Part shown: positions 30,187 through 41,394 of the stretch, one piece after another
How the letters are laid out: each line of letters begins with the position of its first letter
How positions within the stretch are numbered: the stretch's first letter is position 1
Origin: Alteromonadaceae bacterium
GTDB lineage: Bacteria; Pseudomonadota; Gammaproteobacteria; Enterobacterales; Alteromonadaceae
Assembly (NCBI GenBank): GCA_023301705.1
Contig: JALZUE010000023.1
Coordinates: forward strand, 3,454-67,453
DNA: 64,000 bases
Direction of reading: 5' to 3'
The notes under the pieces: generated by a model
What the model was told of the DNA's origin: nothing
Database searches by the model: none
Seen by the model: the letters and a program-made list of their open reading frames with translations, nothing else
Program-made: the position numbers and the translations under genes

Positions 30187-33100
30187 ATGAAAACCACCAA
30201 TGCCTTTCATTACTCCTTAAGATGGCTTTACAAGAGTATTGCCATTTTATTGGTGACTTTTGCTGTATTACTAAGCTTTATTCGCTTATTTTTACCGTAT
30301 GCAGACAACTTTCGTGATGAAATTAAGCATTATGTTAATACAAATTATAATGCGAATATTGAAATAGAATCACTGGCGAGTGATTGGAATAATACTGGGC
30401 CAACCTTTTCAGGTAGAAATATTTCGTTTTTAAGCGCTAATGGTACACAGGCGTTTTTAGGTGAATTCACTATTGAAATTAACCTTTGGCAGAGTTTACA
30501 TCAGTTGCAGTTAGTGACTCAAAATGTAAAAGTTATTGATTCAACTATTACACTCGACGCAAAGATTTTCAATAAAACGACGCATAACCGAAAAGATAAT
30601 GCTCTACTCGATCGACTTTATAATTTAGTACTTAATCAAATACCTCATATTATTCTGGTTAATAGTTACATTGAAATACAGGGTGAAAGCGTTGAACATA
30701 CATTACAAATACCTAAGCTTTCTTGGCTAAACACTAATACCCGTCATCAAGCCAATGGTGAGGTTATTGTAGACGGGTTATCGAATAACACCTTAACCTT
30801 ATTAGTTGACTTAGAAACTGATAAGTCAAATACACTATCAGGTCAAGCGTATTTTGAAGCCGCTAATATTAATATTACTCCATGGATAAAGTCTTTTTTA
30901 GCCATTGAAGATAAGCAGACAAATTCTGATATTAACTTTAAGACTTGGTTAGATATTAAAGAGAATGTAGCCACACAGTTAAGCGTTATTTTTGGTGAAA
31001 ATACGCTATCATGGCAGTCAGAACAATTCATTCAACCTAGTTCAAAAAATACCAAAACAACCCCGCTTGATAATACAGAAAACCAGTTAGTGGTTGAGCA
31101 GGGTCAGGTAGTAATAAAAGCGTTACCTAATAATCAAGGTTATCGGTATTATACATCGCCTATTTTATGGCAAGTGAATGAGCAGGTACAACAGAACCTT
31201 GAAATTGATGGCACAATTAATAAAGGCTATGTTGATGGTTACATATCTTCTATTGATATTCATAGTGTTAGTGAACTTGCCTCGCTCTTTGTTAAGAGTA
31301 AAAAAACACAGGAAATATTAACGACATTGTCGCCTAGAGGTGTCGTCAATGAGCTTCATTTCGTACTAGAAAACAGCCTACGCTTAACAACACAATTTCA
31401 TCAGGTTGCAATTAATAATCATCAAGCAATACCAGGCATTGAAAATGTTTCAGGCATATTAGCATTTCAAAACAAACAACTAGCGATTAATCTTATAGCA
31501 ACTGATGGTCAATTAGACTTTGGCGAACATTTAAAAAGGCCCGTACCTTACGAGCAATTTTCTGTTGATATGATGGCCGATGTTACTGCAGGTACCTTAG
31601 TTAATATTAATGATATAGCCTTTTCATCACCTGAACTTATATTTGAAGGTAATGTTGCCGTTAGTATTCCTGAAGACAAAAGTATTCAGCTGGCCGTGTT
31701 AATGAATGTTGACGAGTTAGCCGGCGAATCTCTTAAGTATTATTACCCTTATAAAATAATGAAAGCAGAAACACTAGCTTTTTTAGAAAGCGCAATTACA
31801 GACGGTAAAATTACTCACGGAGATATTATTTTTGATGGTTACCTGAAAGACTTTCCATTTAATCATCAAAAAGCTAATGAAGCGCCCGGTATTTTTGTTG
31901 TTGAAGCGCAGTTAGAAAATGCTACTTTTAAGTTTTCACCCTTATGGCCAGCCATTCAGAATGGTTTTGCTGGTGTTAATTATATTAACGACCAATTATC
32001 TGTTACAGCTCATTCCGGTAACATTATGGGGCTCGATGCATCACATGTGACAGCCGAAATTAAAAAAGATTTACTTACACTTGATATTCAAATGATTAAT
32101 CAAGAACCTGAAAATGTTCGAGCGTTAATGAATGCGAGTACTTTAAAAAGCTCAGTGGGTAACGTACTTGATAGATTAATGATTGAACATCCAGTATCAG
32201 GTCATCTTATTACCGATATACCATTGCAAGGTGCTGGTGCCACTGTTGCAAAAGGTGCAATACAATTTGAAAATAATCGTATGAACCTACAAGTACCTAA
32301 CATGACTTTAACCGATGTCAGTGGTGAGTTAGCATTCACCAATGAACTGTTAACTATTGAGGGTATGACGTTAAATTGGCGTGAAAAACCGGTAGTACTT
32401 GATTTAAATGCTGGCTATGAAAATAAAAATTACCAAGTCAACTTAGATTTTTCAGGTAGTTGGAAAGATAAGTTATGGCAACAAGAGTTTCCTGACTTGC
32501 TGCAACCTTATGCGCATGGTGATTTTGATTGGCAAGGTAAGTTAGTATTATATACACCTAAAGATGGTGATTTTTCGTATGAATTTGAACTTGAATCAAA
32601 TTTACAAGATATCGAATTATTGTTACCAGGGCCTTTTGCTAAAAAGAATAAAGAACGCATAGTATTTCGTGCTGATATCATAGGTAATGTTGCAAGCTCT
32701 ACCATTAATTTCATTGCCAAAGAAGAAGTGAAGTTTCGAAGCATTCTATCTCATGAAGCGGTTCAATTAACGCAAACACATTTGGCATTAGGACGAGAGC
32801 ATATTAAATTACCTGATGATGGATTTTATATTTCGGGTGACTTTAGTGATATTGATGTTCAATTATGGCAACCATTTATCACCGACTTTGTATTTGCTTT
32901 ACCTCAAAAAGACTCAAATGCTACTGAACCTGCGATATTGCCCGCACCTAGTACTATTGGTATTAATACAGATGTATTAATGGTATTTGATGAACCCTTT
33001 AATCAAGCTATTTTTACCATGACAAATTTAAATGATTCATGGTTAATGCAGTTAAAAGCGGATAAAACAGAGGGTAAAACAAAGCTATACCCTGACTTTA

Positions 33101-34191
33101 AAACACGGGGTTTAGATATTGAACTTGATTTTCTTACCATTGGCGATAATAAAGTTACCAGTGTCATTGATGATTTCACACAAGAAATCAAACCTATTAA
33201 TGACGTTGCTAAAACAGAAAAAAGTGACGAAATAACAGTAACTACTGAAAAAGAAGAGCTACCTGTCAAGGAAAGTAAACCTAAAAAAGAGATTGATCAC
33301 CAACTTAATCAAACAGTGTTTAATGCTATACCACCTATTCGTTTGCAATGTCAGCGCTGTATTATTGATGGGCTTGATTTTGGCTTAGTAAATGTGGAGC
33401 TCACTAAACCTGATGAATCAATACTAAAGATAAAAAAACTAACGGCAAAACGTAAAGGTTTTACTGGTGAGTTATCTGGTCATTGGGCCATGACCGATTT
33501 ATCGTCAACAACACAAATACAAGGCACCATTGATGTAAAGAGTATTGAAGATGAAATGCGACGTATTGGTTTAGATTCTATTATAAAAGACAGTGGAGCA
33601 GATTTAACCTTTGATATTAACTGGTTAGGCAGCGCTAGCGACTTTTCATTAGCAACACTAAATGGCCACATAAAAAGCCGACTTGATGATGGCTACTTAT
33701 CAAAAGTAGATGATCAGGCACGTATATTTTCAATTCTGAGTTTACAATCACTGGTTCGAAAACTGACTTTAGATTTTAGAGATGTATTCAGTGATGGCAT
33801 GTTCTATAGTGAAATTAAGGGTGATGCTACGATAGATAATGGCATTATTTATACTGACAACATGCAAATGAAAGGTGCAGCAGGTGACTTACAAGTAAAA
33901 GGTAATACTAACCTAATTTCTAGTCAACTAGACTATCGTATGTCATACAAGCCTAATTTGACCTCAAGTTTACCCGTACTTGCTTGGGTAGCAACCCTGA
34001 ATCCGTTGGCAATTATTGCGGGTTTAGCGATTGATGAAGTGGTTACATCACAAGTTGTTTCAGAGTTTAACTTTGAATTAACAGGTAGTATTGATGAACC
34101 TGATTTTAAAGAAATTAATCGTGAAAATAAAAACATTAGTGTTGGTCGTTCAGTGCCGCCAACGATTATAGAGAACACTACTGTAGAGTAA
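30187..34191 (+). CDS. yhdP: AsmA-like phospholipid-transport protein YhdP
   Basis: 1334 aa with an N-terminal TM anchor. Its size and its position after rng and before tldD match E. coli yhdP. Confidence 0.85.
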   Translation: MKTTNAFHYSLRWLYKSIAILLVTFAVLLSFIRLFLPYADNFRDEIKHYVNTNYNANIEIESLASDWNNTGPTFSGRNISFLSANGTQAFLGEFTIEINLWQSLHQLQLVTQNVKVIDSTITLDAKIFNKTTHNRKDNALLDRLYNLVLNQIPHIILVNSYIEIQGESVEHTLQIPKLSWLNTNTRHQANGEVIVDGLSNNTLTLLVDLETDKSNTLSGQAYFEAANINITPWIKSFLAIEDKQTNSDINFKTWLDIKENVATQLSVIFGENTLSWQSEQFIQPSSKNTKTTPLDNTENQLVVEQGQVVIKALPNNQGYRYYTSPILWQVNEQVQQNLEIDGTINKGYVDGYISSIDIHSVSELASLFVKSKKTQEILTTLSPRGVVNELHFVLENSLRLTTQFHQVAINNHQAIPGIENVSGILAFQNKQLAINLIATDGQLDFGEHLKRPVPYEQFSVDMMADVTAGTLVNINDIAFSSPELIFEGNVAVSIPEDKSIQLAVLMNVDELAGESLKYYYPYKIMKAETLAFLESAITDGKITHGDIIFDGYLKDFPFNHQKANEAPGIFVVEAQLENATFKFSPLWPAIQNGFAGVNYINDQLSVTAHSGNIMGLDASHVTAEIKKDLLTLDIQMINQEPENVRALMNASTLKSSVGNVLDRLMIEHPVSGHLITDIPLQGAGATVAKGAIQFENNRMNLQVPNMTLTDVSGELAFTNELLTIEGMTLNWREKPVVLDLNAGYENKNYQVNLDFSGSWKDKLWQQEFPDLLQPYAHGDFDWQGKLVLYTPKDGDFSYEFELESNLQDIELLLPGPFAKKNKERIVFRADIIGNVASSTINFIAKEEVKFRSILSHEAVQLTQTHLALGREHIKLPDDGFYISGDFSDIDVQLWQPFITDFVFALPQKDSNATEPAILPAPSTIGINTDVLMVFDEPFNQAIFTMTNLNDSWLMQLKADKTEGKTKLYPDFKTRGLDIELDFLTIGDNKVTSVIDDFTQEIKPINDVAKTEKSDEITVTTEKEELPVKESKPKKEIDHQLNQTVFNAIPPIRLQCQRCIIDGLDFGLVNVELTKPDESILKIKKLTAKRKGFTGELSGHWAMTDLSSTTQIQGTIDVKSIEDEMRRIGLDSIIKDSGADLTFDINWLGSASDFSLATLNGHIKSRLDDGYLSKVDDQARIFSILSLQSLVRKLTLDFRDVFSDGMFYSEIKGDATIDNGIIYTDNMQMKGAAGDLQVKGNTNLISSQLDYRMSYKPNLTSSLPVLAWVATLNPLAIIAGLAIDEVVTSQVVSEFNFELTGSIDEPDFKEINRENKNISVGRSVPPTIIENTTVE

Positions 34192-34384
34192 ACTATTATT
34201 GATTTACTTCATGATTTGTTAACGTAAGTTATGGAGAAAGCTTTTTATTATTCTATGAATTTTATTTTCATATTGAGTTACTACAGTCAACGTTATGTTA
34301 TGATCAGTACATCGGTATTTATGATTATATTAAGTATAATTATAAATACATCATTGTTAATTCATCACTTTAGAGCCAAAAAAT

Positions 34385-35824
34385 ATGACAACTGTTGAAT
34401 CAGCCTTATTAACTGATAGCCAACTTAATGAGCAATACTTAAATGATACATTAAGCCATATTTGTTCAAACCAAATCGACTTTGCTGATTTGTATTTTCA
34501 GTCTAGCCGCCATGAATCATGGGTATTAGAAGATGGCATTGTAAAAGATGGTTCTTATAACATCGAGCGCGGAGTTGGCGTTCGAGCTATTTCTGGTGAG
34601 AAAACTGGCTTTTCATATTCTGATGATATTTCGCCTATTGCCCTAACTCAAGCGGCAGATGCCGCTAAAGGTATTGCTAAAAGTGGAGGTACAACTGCTG
34701 TTAAAGCGTTTACCAGAAACAAAACAATTGAAATTTTTCAGTCTGTAGAACCTTTAGGATCTTTAACTCAAGAGCAAAAAATTACACTTCTACACGAAGT
34801 GGAAGCGCATGCTCGTGCACAAGACTCACGTGTAAAACAGGTTATTGTTAGTTTATCTGGTGTTTATGAAGAAATATTAGTTGCTGCTACCGATGGTACC
34901 TTTGCTACTGATATTCGTCCATTAGTTCGATTAAACTGTACTGTTCTGGTTGAAGAGAATGGTAAGCGTGAACGTGCTAGTTCAGGTGGTGGAGCACGTA
35001 CCGATTACAGTTACTTTTTTGAGGCATATAATTCACAGCCACGTTTTAAACATTTTGCACAAGAGGCTGTACGCCAAGCGTTAGTGAACTTAGTTGCTAT
35101 TGATGCACCTGCAGGCAGTTTTCCTGTGGTACTAGGGCCAGGTTGGCCAGGTGTTTTGTTACATGAAGCGGTTGGGCATGGTTTAGAAGGTGATTTTAAC
35201 CGTAAAGGTTCTTCGGCTTTTTCAGGGAAAGTTGGTCAAAAAGTAGCGTCAGAGCATTGTACTATTGTTGATGATGGCACTATGGTAAACCGTCGAGGAT
35301 CATTGAATATTGATGATGAAGGCACACCTGCTCAATACAATGTATTGATTGAAAAAGGTATTTTACGTGGTTACATTCAAGATAAACATAATGCACATCT
35401 AATGGGTGTTAAGCCTACAGGAAATGGGCGCCGTGAATCGTATGCACATTTACCTATGCCAAGAATGACAAATACTTACATGCTAGCAGGTGAACATAAG
35501 CCTTCTGATATTATTAAGTCTGTGAAAAAAGGTATTTATGCACCGAACTTTGCAGGTGGGCAAGTTGATATAACATCAGGTAAATTTGTTTTTACTAGTG
35601 CAGAGGCATACTTAATTGAAAATGGTGAAATAACATCACCAATTAAAGGAGCCACACTTATTGGTAATGGCCCTGAAGCGATGCAAAAAGTGAGCATGGT
35701 AGGAAATGATTTACAATTAGATGCCGGTGTTGGTGTTTGTGGTAAAGATGGTCAAAGTGTACCTGTAGGCGTAGGGCAACCTACCTTAAAGGTAGATGAA
35801 ATGACTATTGGTGGCACACAGTAA
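34385..35824 (+). CDS. tldD: Metalloprotease TldD
   Basis: 479 aa with the HEAVGHGLE zinc motif. It ends in [16 protein letters not shown]. Confidence 0.95.
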   Translation: MTTVESALLTDSQLNEQYLNDTLSHICSNQIDFADLYFQSSRHESWVLEDGIVKDGSYNIERGVGVRAISGEKTGFSYSDDISPIALTQAADAAKGIAKSGGTTAVKAFTRNKTIEIFQSVEPLGSLTQEQKITLLHEVEAHARAQDSRVKQVIVSLSGVYEEILVAATDGTFATDIRPLVRLNCTVLVEENGKRERASSGGGARTDYSYFFEAYNSQPRFKHFAQEAVRQALVNLVAIDAPAGSFPVVLGPGWPGVLLHEAVGHGLEGDFNRKGSSAFSGKVGQKVASEHCTIVDDGTMVNRRGSLNIDDEGTPAQYNVLIEKGILRGYIQDKHNAHLMGVKPTGNGRRESYAHLPMPRMTNTYMLAGEHKPSDIIKSVKKGIYAPNFAGGQVDITSGKFVFTSAEAYLIENGEITSPIKGATLIGNGPEAMQKVSMVGNDLQLDAGVGVCGKDGQSVPVGVGQPTLKVDEMTIGGTQ

Positions 35825-35849
35825 TAGCTAATAATAACCGTGTTTAAAT

Positions 35850-35884
35850 AAAAGCCAGAGTACTTTTAGTACTCTGGCTTTTTA
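35850..35884. terminator. Bidirectional terminator between tldD and yjgA
   Basis: GCCAGAGTAC (35854-35863) pairs with GTACTCTGGC (35869-35878). It is flanked by an A-run and a T-run. Confidence 0.8.
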
Positions 35885-35891
35885 ATACCTT

Positions 35892-36404
35892 TTAAGAATT
35901 GTCCTTTAGGTATTGGAATAAATCACGGTAACTTTTAGCTGGTTTTTCAGCGGTGACTTCTTTTTTAGCTTGTCGTATTAATTGTTTTAGTTTCTGCCTA
36001 ACTAAATTAGGGCTTTCTTGTAGCAAGGTTTCAGCATCATCATTACTACCTGCAATTAAAAAGTCACGTAGTTCTTCTAATTTAGTATGTTTTACTGCTT
36101 CTTGTTGATGCTTATTAGCCATCACATCAAGCTCTTTATAGATACCGTCTAAATCAGCTTCTCTTAATGTTTTGCCAATATATTGCATATGTCTTTTGGC
36201 TGCTTCATGCTTGTTTTTAATTTTATCTGCAAGAATTAAAGCGTCTCTCATATCATCATCAAGCGGTAATCGTGCGCGCTGCGCTTTAGGTAAAGCTACA
36301 AGCTTACGACCTAATGCTTGTAGCTCAAGCATTTCTTGTTTGATTTGAGTTTTACTAATAAACTCTTCTTCTTCCGCTTCAATCTCTGGAGTTACTTTGC
36401 GCAT
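35892..36404 (-). CDS. yjgA: Ribosome-associated protein YjgA (DUF615)
   Basis: 170 aa, highly charged. It is divergent from pmbA, as in E. coli. Confidence 0.8.
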   Translation of the reverse strand: MRKVTPEIEAEEEEFISKTQIKQEMLELQALGRKLVALPKAQRARLPLDDDMRDALILADKIKNKHEAAKRHMQYIGKTLREADLDGIYKELDVMANKHQQEAVKHTKLEELRDFLIAGSNDDAETLLQESPNLVRQKLKQLIRQAKKEVTAEKPAKSYRDLFQYLKDNS

Positions 36405-36582
36405 AAAATATCAATACTTACTTATTAAACAATAAAAACTGACCGTATTATACAGTAAATTAATACAATAACACTTATCTAAAGCGTCTAGGTACTAATC
36501 ATACTGATGATTCTTTTGCATCGTAGTTGAGCCATAGAAAGCATGCAAGAGACAAGGTATAATAATAAAAAACCTTTGATGA

Positions 36583-37935
36583 ATGAGTCACATGTCACAA
36601 TCTTTAGATATTAATCAACAAATTGACACAGTAAAAGAACGTGTAGAAAAAGTTTTATTATTAGCAAAGTCTTTAGGGGCTGATGGTGCTGAAGTTGCGA
36701 TGTCGCGACAATCAGGATTAAGTGTTAATACACGCTTAGGTGAAGTTGAAAATGTTGAGTTTACTAATGATGGAGCACTTGGCTTAACTGTTTATTGTGA
36801 GGGTAGAAAAGGCAGCGCTTCAACCGCTGATTTATCTGAAAAAGCATTAACACAAGCAGTTGAGGCTGCTGTCAATATTGCTAAATATACGTCAGTTGAC
36901 GATTGCTCTGGCCTAGCAAATAAAGACAGGTTGTTATTTGATGCGCCTGATTTAGAACTATACCACCCTGAAAACATTTCAACAGAACAAGCCATTGATA
37001 TTGCTAAAGCTTGTGAAGAAGCTGCGTTATCAGCAGATGAACGCATTACTAATTCAGATGGTGGTACGTTTGAAAGTTTCGAAGGTTTTAAAGTGTATGG
37101 TAATAGTCACGGTCAGCTAGTAGCGTACCCAAGTACGCGTCATAGTTTAAGCTGTGTTGTTATTGCTAGCGATGAAAATGATATGCAGCGTGATTATGCT
37201 TATAGTGTTGATCGTCAATTTAATGCATTGAAAACGCCTGAGTTTGTTGGTCAAAAAGCAGCAGCCGAGGTAGTGGCGCGCTTAAACTCAAAGCAAATAC
37301 CAACACAAAAAGTACCTGTGATGTTTCGTGCTGATATTGCCAACACCTTATGGGGACACTTCATTGCAGCCATTAGCGGCGGAAATTTATATCGTAAATC
37401 ATCATTTTTACTTGATGCATTAGGGCAAGAAATTTTCCCTGATTTTTTAACCATTCAAGAAAAACCATTAATTAAACGCGCTTTAGCGAGTAGCTCTTTC
37501 GATAGCGAAGGTGTTGCAACGCAAGAACGAAATATCATTACCAATGGTGCACTAGATACGTATTTATTAACCAGTTATTCAGCTAGAAAACTAGGTCTTG
37601 AAACAACAGGGCATGCCGGGGGTATACATAACTGGCAAGTGTCTGCTAATGGCGGCGAATTTAACGCTATGTTAAAGCAATTAGGCACTGGTTTATTAGT
37701 CACAGAGCTGATGGGACAGGGCGTTAATATTGTTAATGGCGATTATTCGCGTGGTGCTGCTGGCTTTTGGATTGAAAACGGAGAAATTGCTTTTCCTGTT
37801 TCTGAAATTACCATTGCAGGCGATTTAAAAACTATGTTTAAAAATATTGTTGCTGTTGGTAATGATATTGATATGCATGGCAGTATTCAAACGGGGTCAA
37901 TCATCATTAATGAAATGCAAATTGCCGGTAATTAA
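36583..37935 (+). CDS. pmbA: Metalloprotease PmbA (TldE)
   Basis: 450 aa, collinear with E. coli PmbA (GEVENVEFTNDGALGLTVY, GDYSRGAAGFWIENGEI, VSEITIAGDLK). Confidence 0.95.
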   Translation: MSHMSQSLDINQQIDTVKERVEKVLLLAKSLGADGAEVAMSRQSGLSVNTRLGEVENVEFTNDGALGLTVYCEGRKGSASTADLSEKALTQAVEAAVNIAKYTSVDDCSGLANKDRLLFDAPDLELYHPENISTEQAIDIAKACEEAALSADERITNSDGGTFESFEGFKVYGNSHGQLVAYPSTRHSLSCVVIASDENDMQRDYAYSVDRQFNALKTPEFVGQKAAAEVVARLNSKQIPTQKVPVMFRADIANTLWGHFIAAISGGNLYRKSSFLLDALGQEIFPDFLTIQEKPLIKRALASSSFDSEGVATQERNIITNGALDTYLLTSYSARKLGLETTGHAGGIHNWQVSANGGEFNAMLKQLGTGLLVTELMGQGVNIVNGDYSRGAAGFWIENGEIAFPVSEITIAGDLKTMFKNIVAVGNDIDMHGSIQTGSIIINEMQIAGN

Positions 37936-37979
37936 GATGTGTTAATTTATATAATATGAATTAACGATCATCTTTAATT

Positions 37980-38014
37980 AAAGCCTTTATATGTATTATA
38001 TAAAGGCTTTTTTA
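37980..38014. terminator. Bidirectional terminator between pmbA and mgtE
   Basis: AAAGCCTTTATAT (37980-37992) pairs with ATATAAAGGCTTT (37998-38010), followed by a T-run. Confidence 0.8.
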
Positions 38015-38028
38015 TTATAAAATTCAGT

Positions 38029-39387
38029 TCAACTTAGTAATAACGTTGCTGTACCTAAGAATGCGAATATACCGACAATATCGGTAATTGTGGTTAAAAT
38101 GACACTGCCTGCTAATGCTGGATCGATTTTCATTTTCTTTAGTAGTAAGGGTATAACAACACCTGCCAGACCTGCGGCGGTTAAGTTCATTACCATTGCA
38201 AAAGCAACAACAGCGCCAAGCATTAAATCCTGTTTCCATAAGGTTATCACTAGTGCGATTAGTACAGCCCAGATAACACCATTTAAAAAACCTACACTGA
38301 GCTCTTTAAGTAATAGCGCTTTAGAGTTACTTTCACCTATTTGCCCTAGAGCCATTGCACGAATAACGAGGGTTAATGTTTGATTACCTGCAACACCTCC
38401 CATACTAGGAACAAGTGTATTGAGTATAGCTAAAATGGCAAGCTCACTTAAAATACCTTCGAATAAGCTTGAAACTGCTACAGCAAGCAGTGCGGTAATT
38501 AAGTTAATGCCTAACCATACTGAACGTTGCTGTGTACTTTTTATCACGGGTGCAAAGGTATCAGCTTCGTCGTCTAAACCCGCCATACTCATTAACGAGT
38601 GCTCTGCATTTTCACGTATAATATCAATGACGTCATCAATAGTGATACGACCAAGTAGGCGTCCTTCACTATTTACTACTGGGGCTGATACCCAGTCATA
38701 ACGTTCAAACAACTGCGCAACATCGGTTTCACCAAGTTCGGGAGAAACAGCTTCAATATCTCTGTTAATAAGCGTAGAAACTACGGTTTCTGGTTTTGAG
38801 GTAACTATGGTTGTTAACGTAATAGCACCAACAAAGCGATCTTCTCTGTCAACTACGTAAAAGGAGTCGGTAGTTTCAGGTAAGTCACCTTTAAGTCTTA
38901 AATAGCGTAATACTACGTCAACGGTGACATTAGGACGTATGGTAATAGTATCGGTATTCATGATACCGCCAGCGGTATCTTCTTCGTATGATAAGGCTGC
39001 TTCGACACGCGCGCGGTCTTGCGAATCCATTGAGCCTATCACTTCTTGATAAACACTATCAGGTAATGTTCTTAATACTTCGGCTAAATCATCAACGTCC
39101 ATGCCTTCTGCAACAGCTGCCAGCTTTTCTGGCTGCATGCTTTTTAGAATACCTTTACGTACTTCTTCATTAAGCTCTTCTAAGACATCACCCTGAATAT
39201 CAGGATCAACAAGTTGCCATAAAACAGGCCTACTTTTGGACGGAGAAGACTCAAGAATTAAAGCAAGATCATAGGGTTCGGTATGCTGTAAAAGTTTACG
39301 GACATAGACAAACATACCGCTATCAAGTGCATCATTGACTTGCTGTAGACGTAATTGGGTATCTTCTTGCTCTAAGATTTCCGGCAT
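38029..39387 (-). CDS. mgtE: Magnesium transporter MgtE
   Basis: 452 aa. It has an N-domain, tandem CBS domains, and a 5-TM C-terminal domain (ITDIVGIFAFLG). Confidence 0.93.
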   Translation of the reverse strand: MPEILEQEDTQLRLQQVNDALDSGMFVYVRKLLQHTEPYDLALILESSPSKSRPVLWQLVDPDIQGDVLEELNEEVRKGILKSMQPEKLAAVAEGMDVDDLAEVLRTLPDSVYQEVIGSMDSQDRARVEAALSYEEDTAGGIMNTDTITIRPNVTVDVVLRYLRLKGDLPETTDSFYVVDREDRFVGAITLTTIVTSKPETVVSTLINRDIEAVSPELGETDVAQLFERYDWVSAPVVNSEGRLLGRITIDDVIDIIRENAEHSLMSMAGLDDEADTFAPVIKSTQQRSVWLGINLITALLAVAVSSLFEGILSELAILAILNTLVPSMGGVAGNQTLTLVIRAMALGQIGESNSKALLLKELSVGFLNGVIWAVLIALVITLWKQDLMLGAVVAFAMVMNLTAAGLAGVVIPLLLKKMKIDPALAGSVILTTITDIVGIFAFLGTATLLLS

Positions 39388-39556
39388 AAACTTAATTCCT
39401 GTGCCGTAAGTAAGTAATAGTGCTTAAGCAAATATTAACAAAAAGTGATGACCATTTTATGAAGTACGTGTGAACACGTTATAGGGTAGGTAATTAATTT
39501 AAGTTAACATTGAACTCTTTATATAATAGCGTAAGAGTATTGTTTTTTCAGGTTTT

Positions 39557-39832
39557 TTATTCACCTTCTTCAAATTTATCAGTGAATAGCTGACAAACTT
39601 CATTCAGTGCTTCTTCGGCATCTTCACCTTCAGTTTGTACACAAACTTCTTTACCTTGGCTACCTGCTAATAACATTAATGCCATTACACTGCTGGCATC
39701 AGCTTGTTTGTCATTTAATTCAACGGTTACTTTGGCATTAAATTTTTGACAAAGCTGGGCAAGTTTAGTTGCAGCCCGTGCATGTAAACCAAGTTTATTT
39801 GTAATGATGAGTGTTCTTTCTAATTGTGCCAT
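39557..39832 (-). CDS. ptsO: Nitrogen-related phosphocarrier protein NPr (HPr-like)
   Basis: 91 aa. The active-site His lies in NKLGLHARAATKL. It is downstream of rapZ. Confidence 0.92.
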   Translation of the reverse strand: MAQLERTLIITNKLGLHARAATKLAQLCQKFNAKVTVELNDKQADASSVMALMLLAGSQGKEVCVQTEGEDAEEALNEVCQLFTDKFEEGE

Positions 39833-39834
39833 AA

Positions 39835-40689
39835 CTAGGTGCTTTTTATATTAATATCACGATGACGTGCATGCACATCACTACGCTCTTTTTTCAAATT
39901 ATTAGTGAGTAAATCAGCAATGTAGACTGATCGATGTTTACCACCAGTACAACCAATTGCAATGGTAATATAGCTACGGTTATTACGTTCTAGATGAGGT
40001 AACCAGGTCATCATAAAACTATTTATTTGCCAGACAAACTTAGTGACAATTGCTTGGCTGGCAAGAAAGTCTTTAACGGGCTGGTCTTTACCTGTATAGG
40101 TTTTTAAATCTTTTTCCCAAAAAGGGTTAGGTAAAAATCGCGCATCAAATAAGTAATCGGCGTCTTGTGGTACACCATGCTTAAAACCAAAAGATTCAAA
40201 TACAATTACCATTTTTCCTGTTTTTTTACCAAGAATACGTTCGCGTACTAGGTCAGCTAATTGGTGAGGTGTTAATTGACTTGTATTAATTTTTAAATGA
40301 GCACGAGACGAAATTGGTTTTAATAATTTCTTTTCTAAAGTAACGGCTTGATCTAAAGCAATGTCATGTTTGATAAGAGGGTGAAGTCGACGAGTCTCGC
40401 TAAAGCGTCTGATCAAGTCAGAATCATTAGCATCTAGAAACATAATAGTTAATTCAACAGTATTAGGTAAATAGTTTAAAATTTCTTCAATGTCATTAGG
40501 ATCATGAGGTAAATTACGAACATCTAAACTAACGGCAACAGATTTATTATCATTAATAACGGTATGTGTTAGTGCAGGTAATAGATTAACAGGGATATTA
40601 TCAACACAGTAATACCCTAAATCTTCTAATACACGAAGAGCAACAGATTTTCCTGATCCTGATCTACCACTAACAATAAGAAGTTTCAT
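39835..40689 (-). CDS. rapZ: RNase adaptor protein RapZ (YhbJ)
   Basis: Starts MKLLIVSGRSGSGKSVALRVLEDLGYYCVDNIP and contains CTGGKHRSV. Confidence 0.95.
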   Translation of the reverse strand: MKLLIVSGRSGSGKSVALRVLEDLGYYCVDNIPVNLLPALTHTVINDNKSVAVSLDVRNLPHDPNDIEEILNYLPNTVELTIMFLDANDSDLIRRFSETRRLHPLIKHDIALDQAVTLEKKLLKPISSRAHLKINTSQLTPHQLADLVRERILGKKTGKMVIVFESFGFKHGVPQDADYLFDARFLPNPFWEKDLKTYTGKDQPVKDFLASQAIVTKFVWQINSFMMTWLPHLERNNRSYITIAIGCTGGKHRSVYIADLLTNNLKKERSDVHARHRDINIKST

Positions 40690-40694
40690 CGTAA

Positions 40695-41147
40695 TTAATT
40701 TGCCTGCTGAATATAATTGAATAGATCTTCGTTATTTAAAAACTTACGAACATCTTTACCTGTTTGTTTTTCATTAAACAATTGTGCAATGCTTTGCAGC
40801 GTACTTAAATGCTCTTTACAAGCTTCTTCAGGAACGAATAAAGCAATAAAGATATCAACGGGTCGATTATCTATCGCATCAAAACTGATAGCTTCTGTTG
40901 TTGTTAACACTACGGCAACTACCTGATTAGCCTCTGCTAACCTTCCATGAGGTATAGCAATACCATTACCTATGCCTGTACTGCCCATTTGCTCACGTGT
41001 CATTAAACTTTCAAGTAGCTCTTGTTGGCTAATACCTGATAAATGTTGAACAGCAGCTTGACAAATATTGTCAAATATTCTTTTTTTACTTGTCGCAGAG
41101 ATTGCACATAATGTGCAATCTAAGGTTAAAATGTCTTGTAACTTCAT
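40695..41147 (-). CDS. ptsN: Nitrogen-regulatory PTS protein EIIA-Ntr (PtsN)
   Basis: 150 aa. The active-site region reads GIGNGIAIPHGRL. Confidence 0.93.
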   Translation of the reverse strand: MKLQDILTLDCTLCAISATSKKRIFDNICQAAVQHLSGISQQELLESLMTREQMGSTGIGNGIAIPHGRLAEANQVVAVVLTTTEAISFDAIDNRPVDIFIALFVPEEACKEHLSTLQSIAQLFNEKQTGKDVRKFLNNEDLFNYIQQAN

Positions 41148-41349
41148 ACTAATATTACTTTAAAGAGTTCTGAGTTAATATATTGATAAAACTAAAATTT
41201 ATTAATTAATATCATATTTTAATATGAACAATTATTAATAGACTTGATTTATATGCTGCTATTTATCTAACTATATGCACATTTGAATAGTTTAATACAA
41301 TGAACGTATAATTTATATGGGTATATAGTGTATTAATAGGTAAAATTTT

Positions 41350-41394
41350 CAGAAAAAGCTTATTGGTGATTATAAATAATGTAATCACCAATAA
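41350..41394 (-). terminator. Rho-independent terminator after rpoN
   Basis: On the minus strand, TTATTGGTGATTA pairs with TAATCACCAATAA (13 bp; plus-strand arms 41360-41372 and 41382-41394), followed by GCTTTTTC. Confidence 0.7.

Noticed and set aside
39388-39556. Possible M-box (Mg2+) riboswitch upstream of mgtE.
   Set aside because: The spacer is too short and I could not find the conserved M-box helices or sequence blocks on the minus strand. Only a short palindrome is present. A covariance-model search would be needed for certainty.
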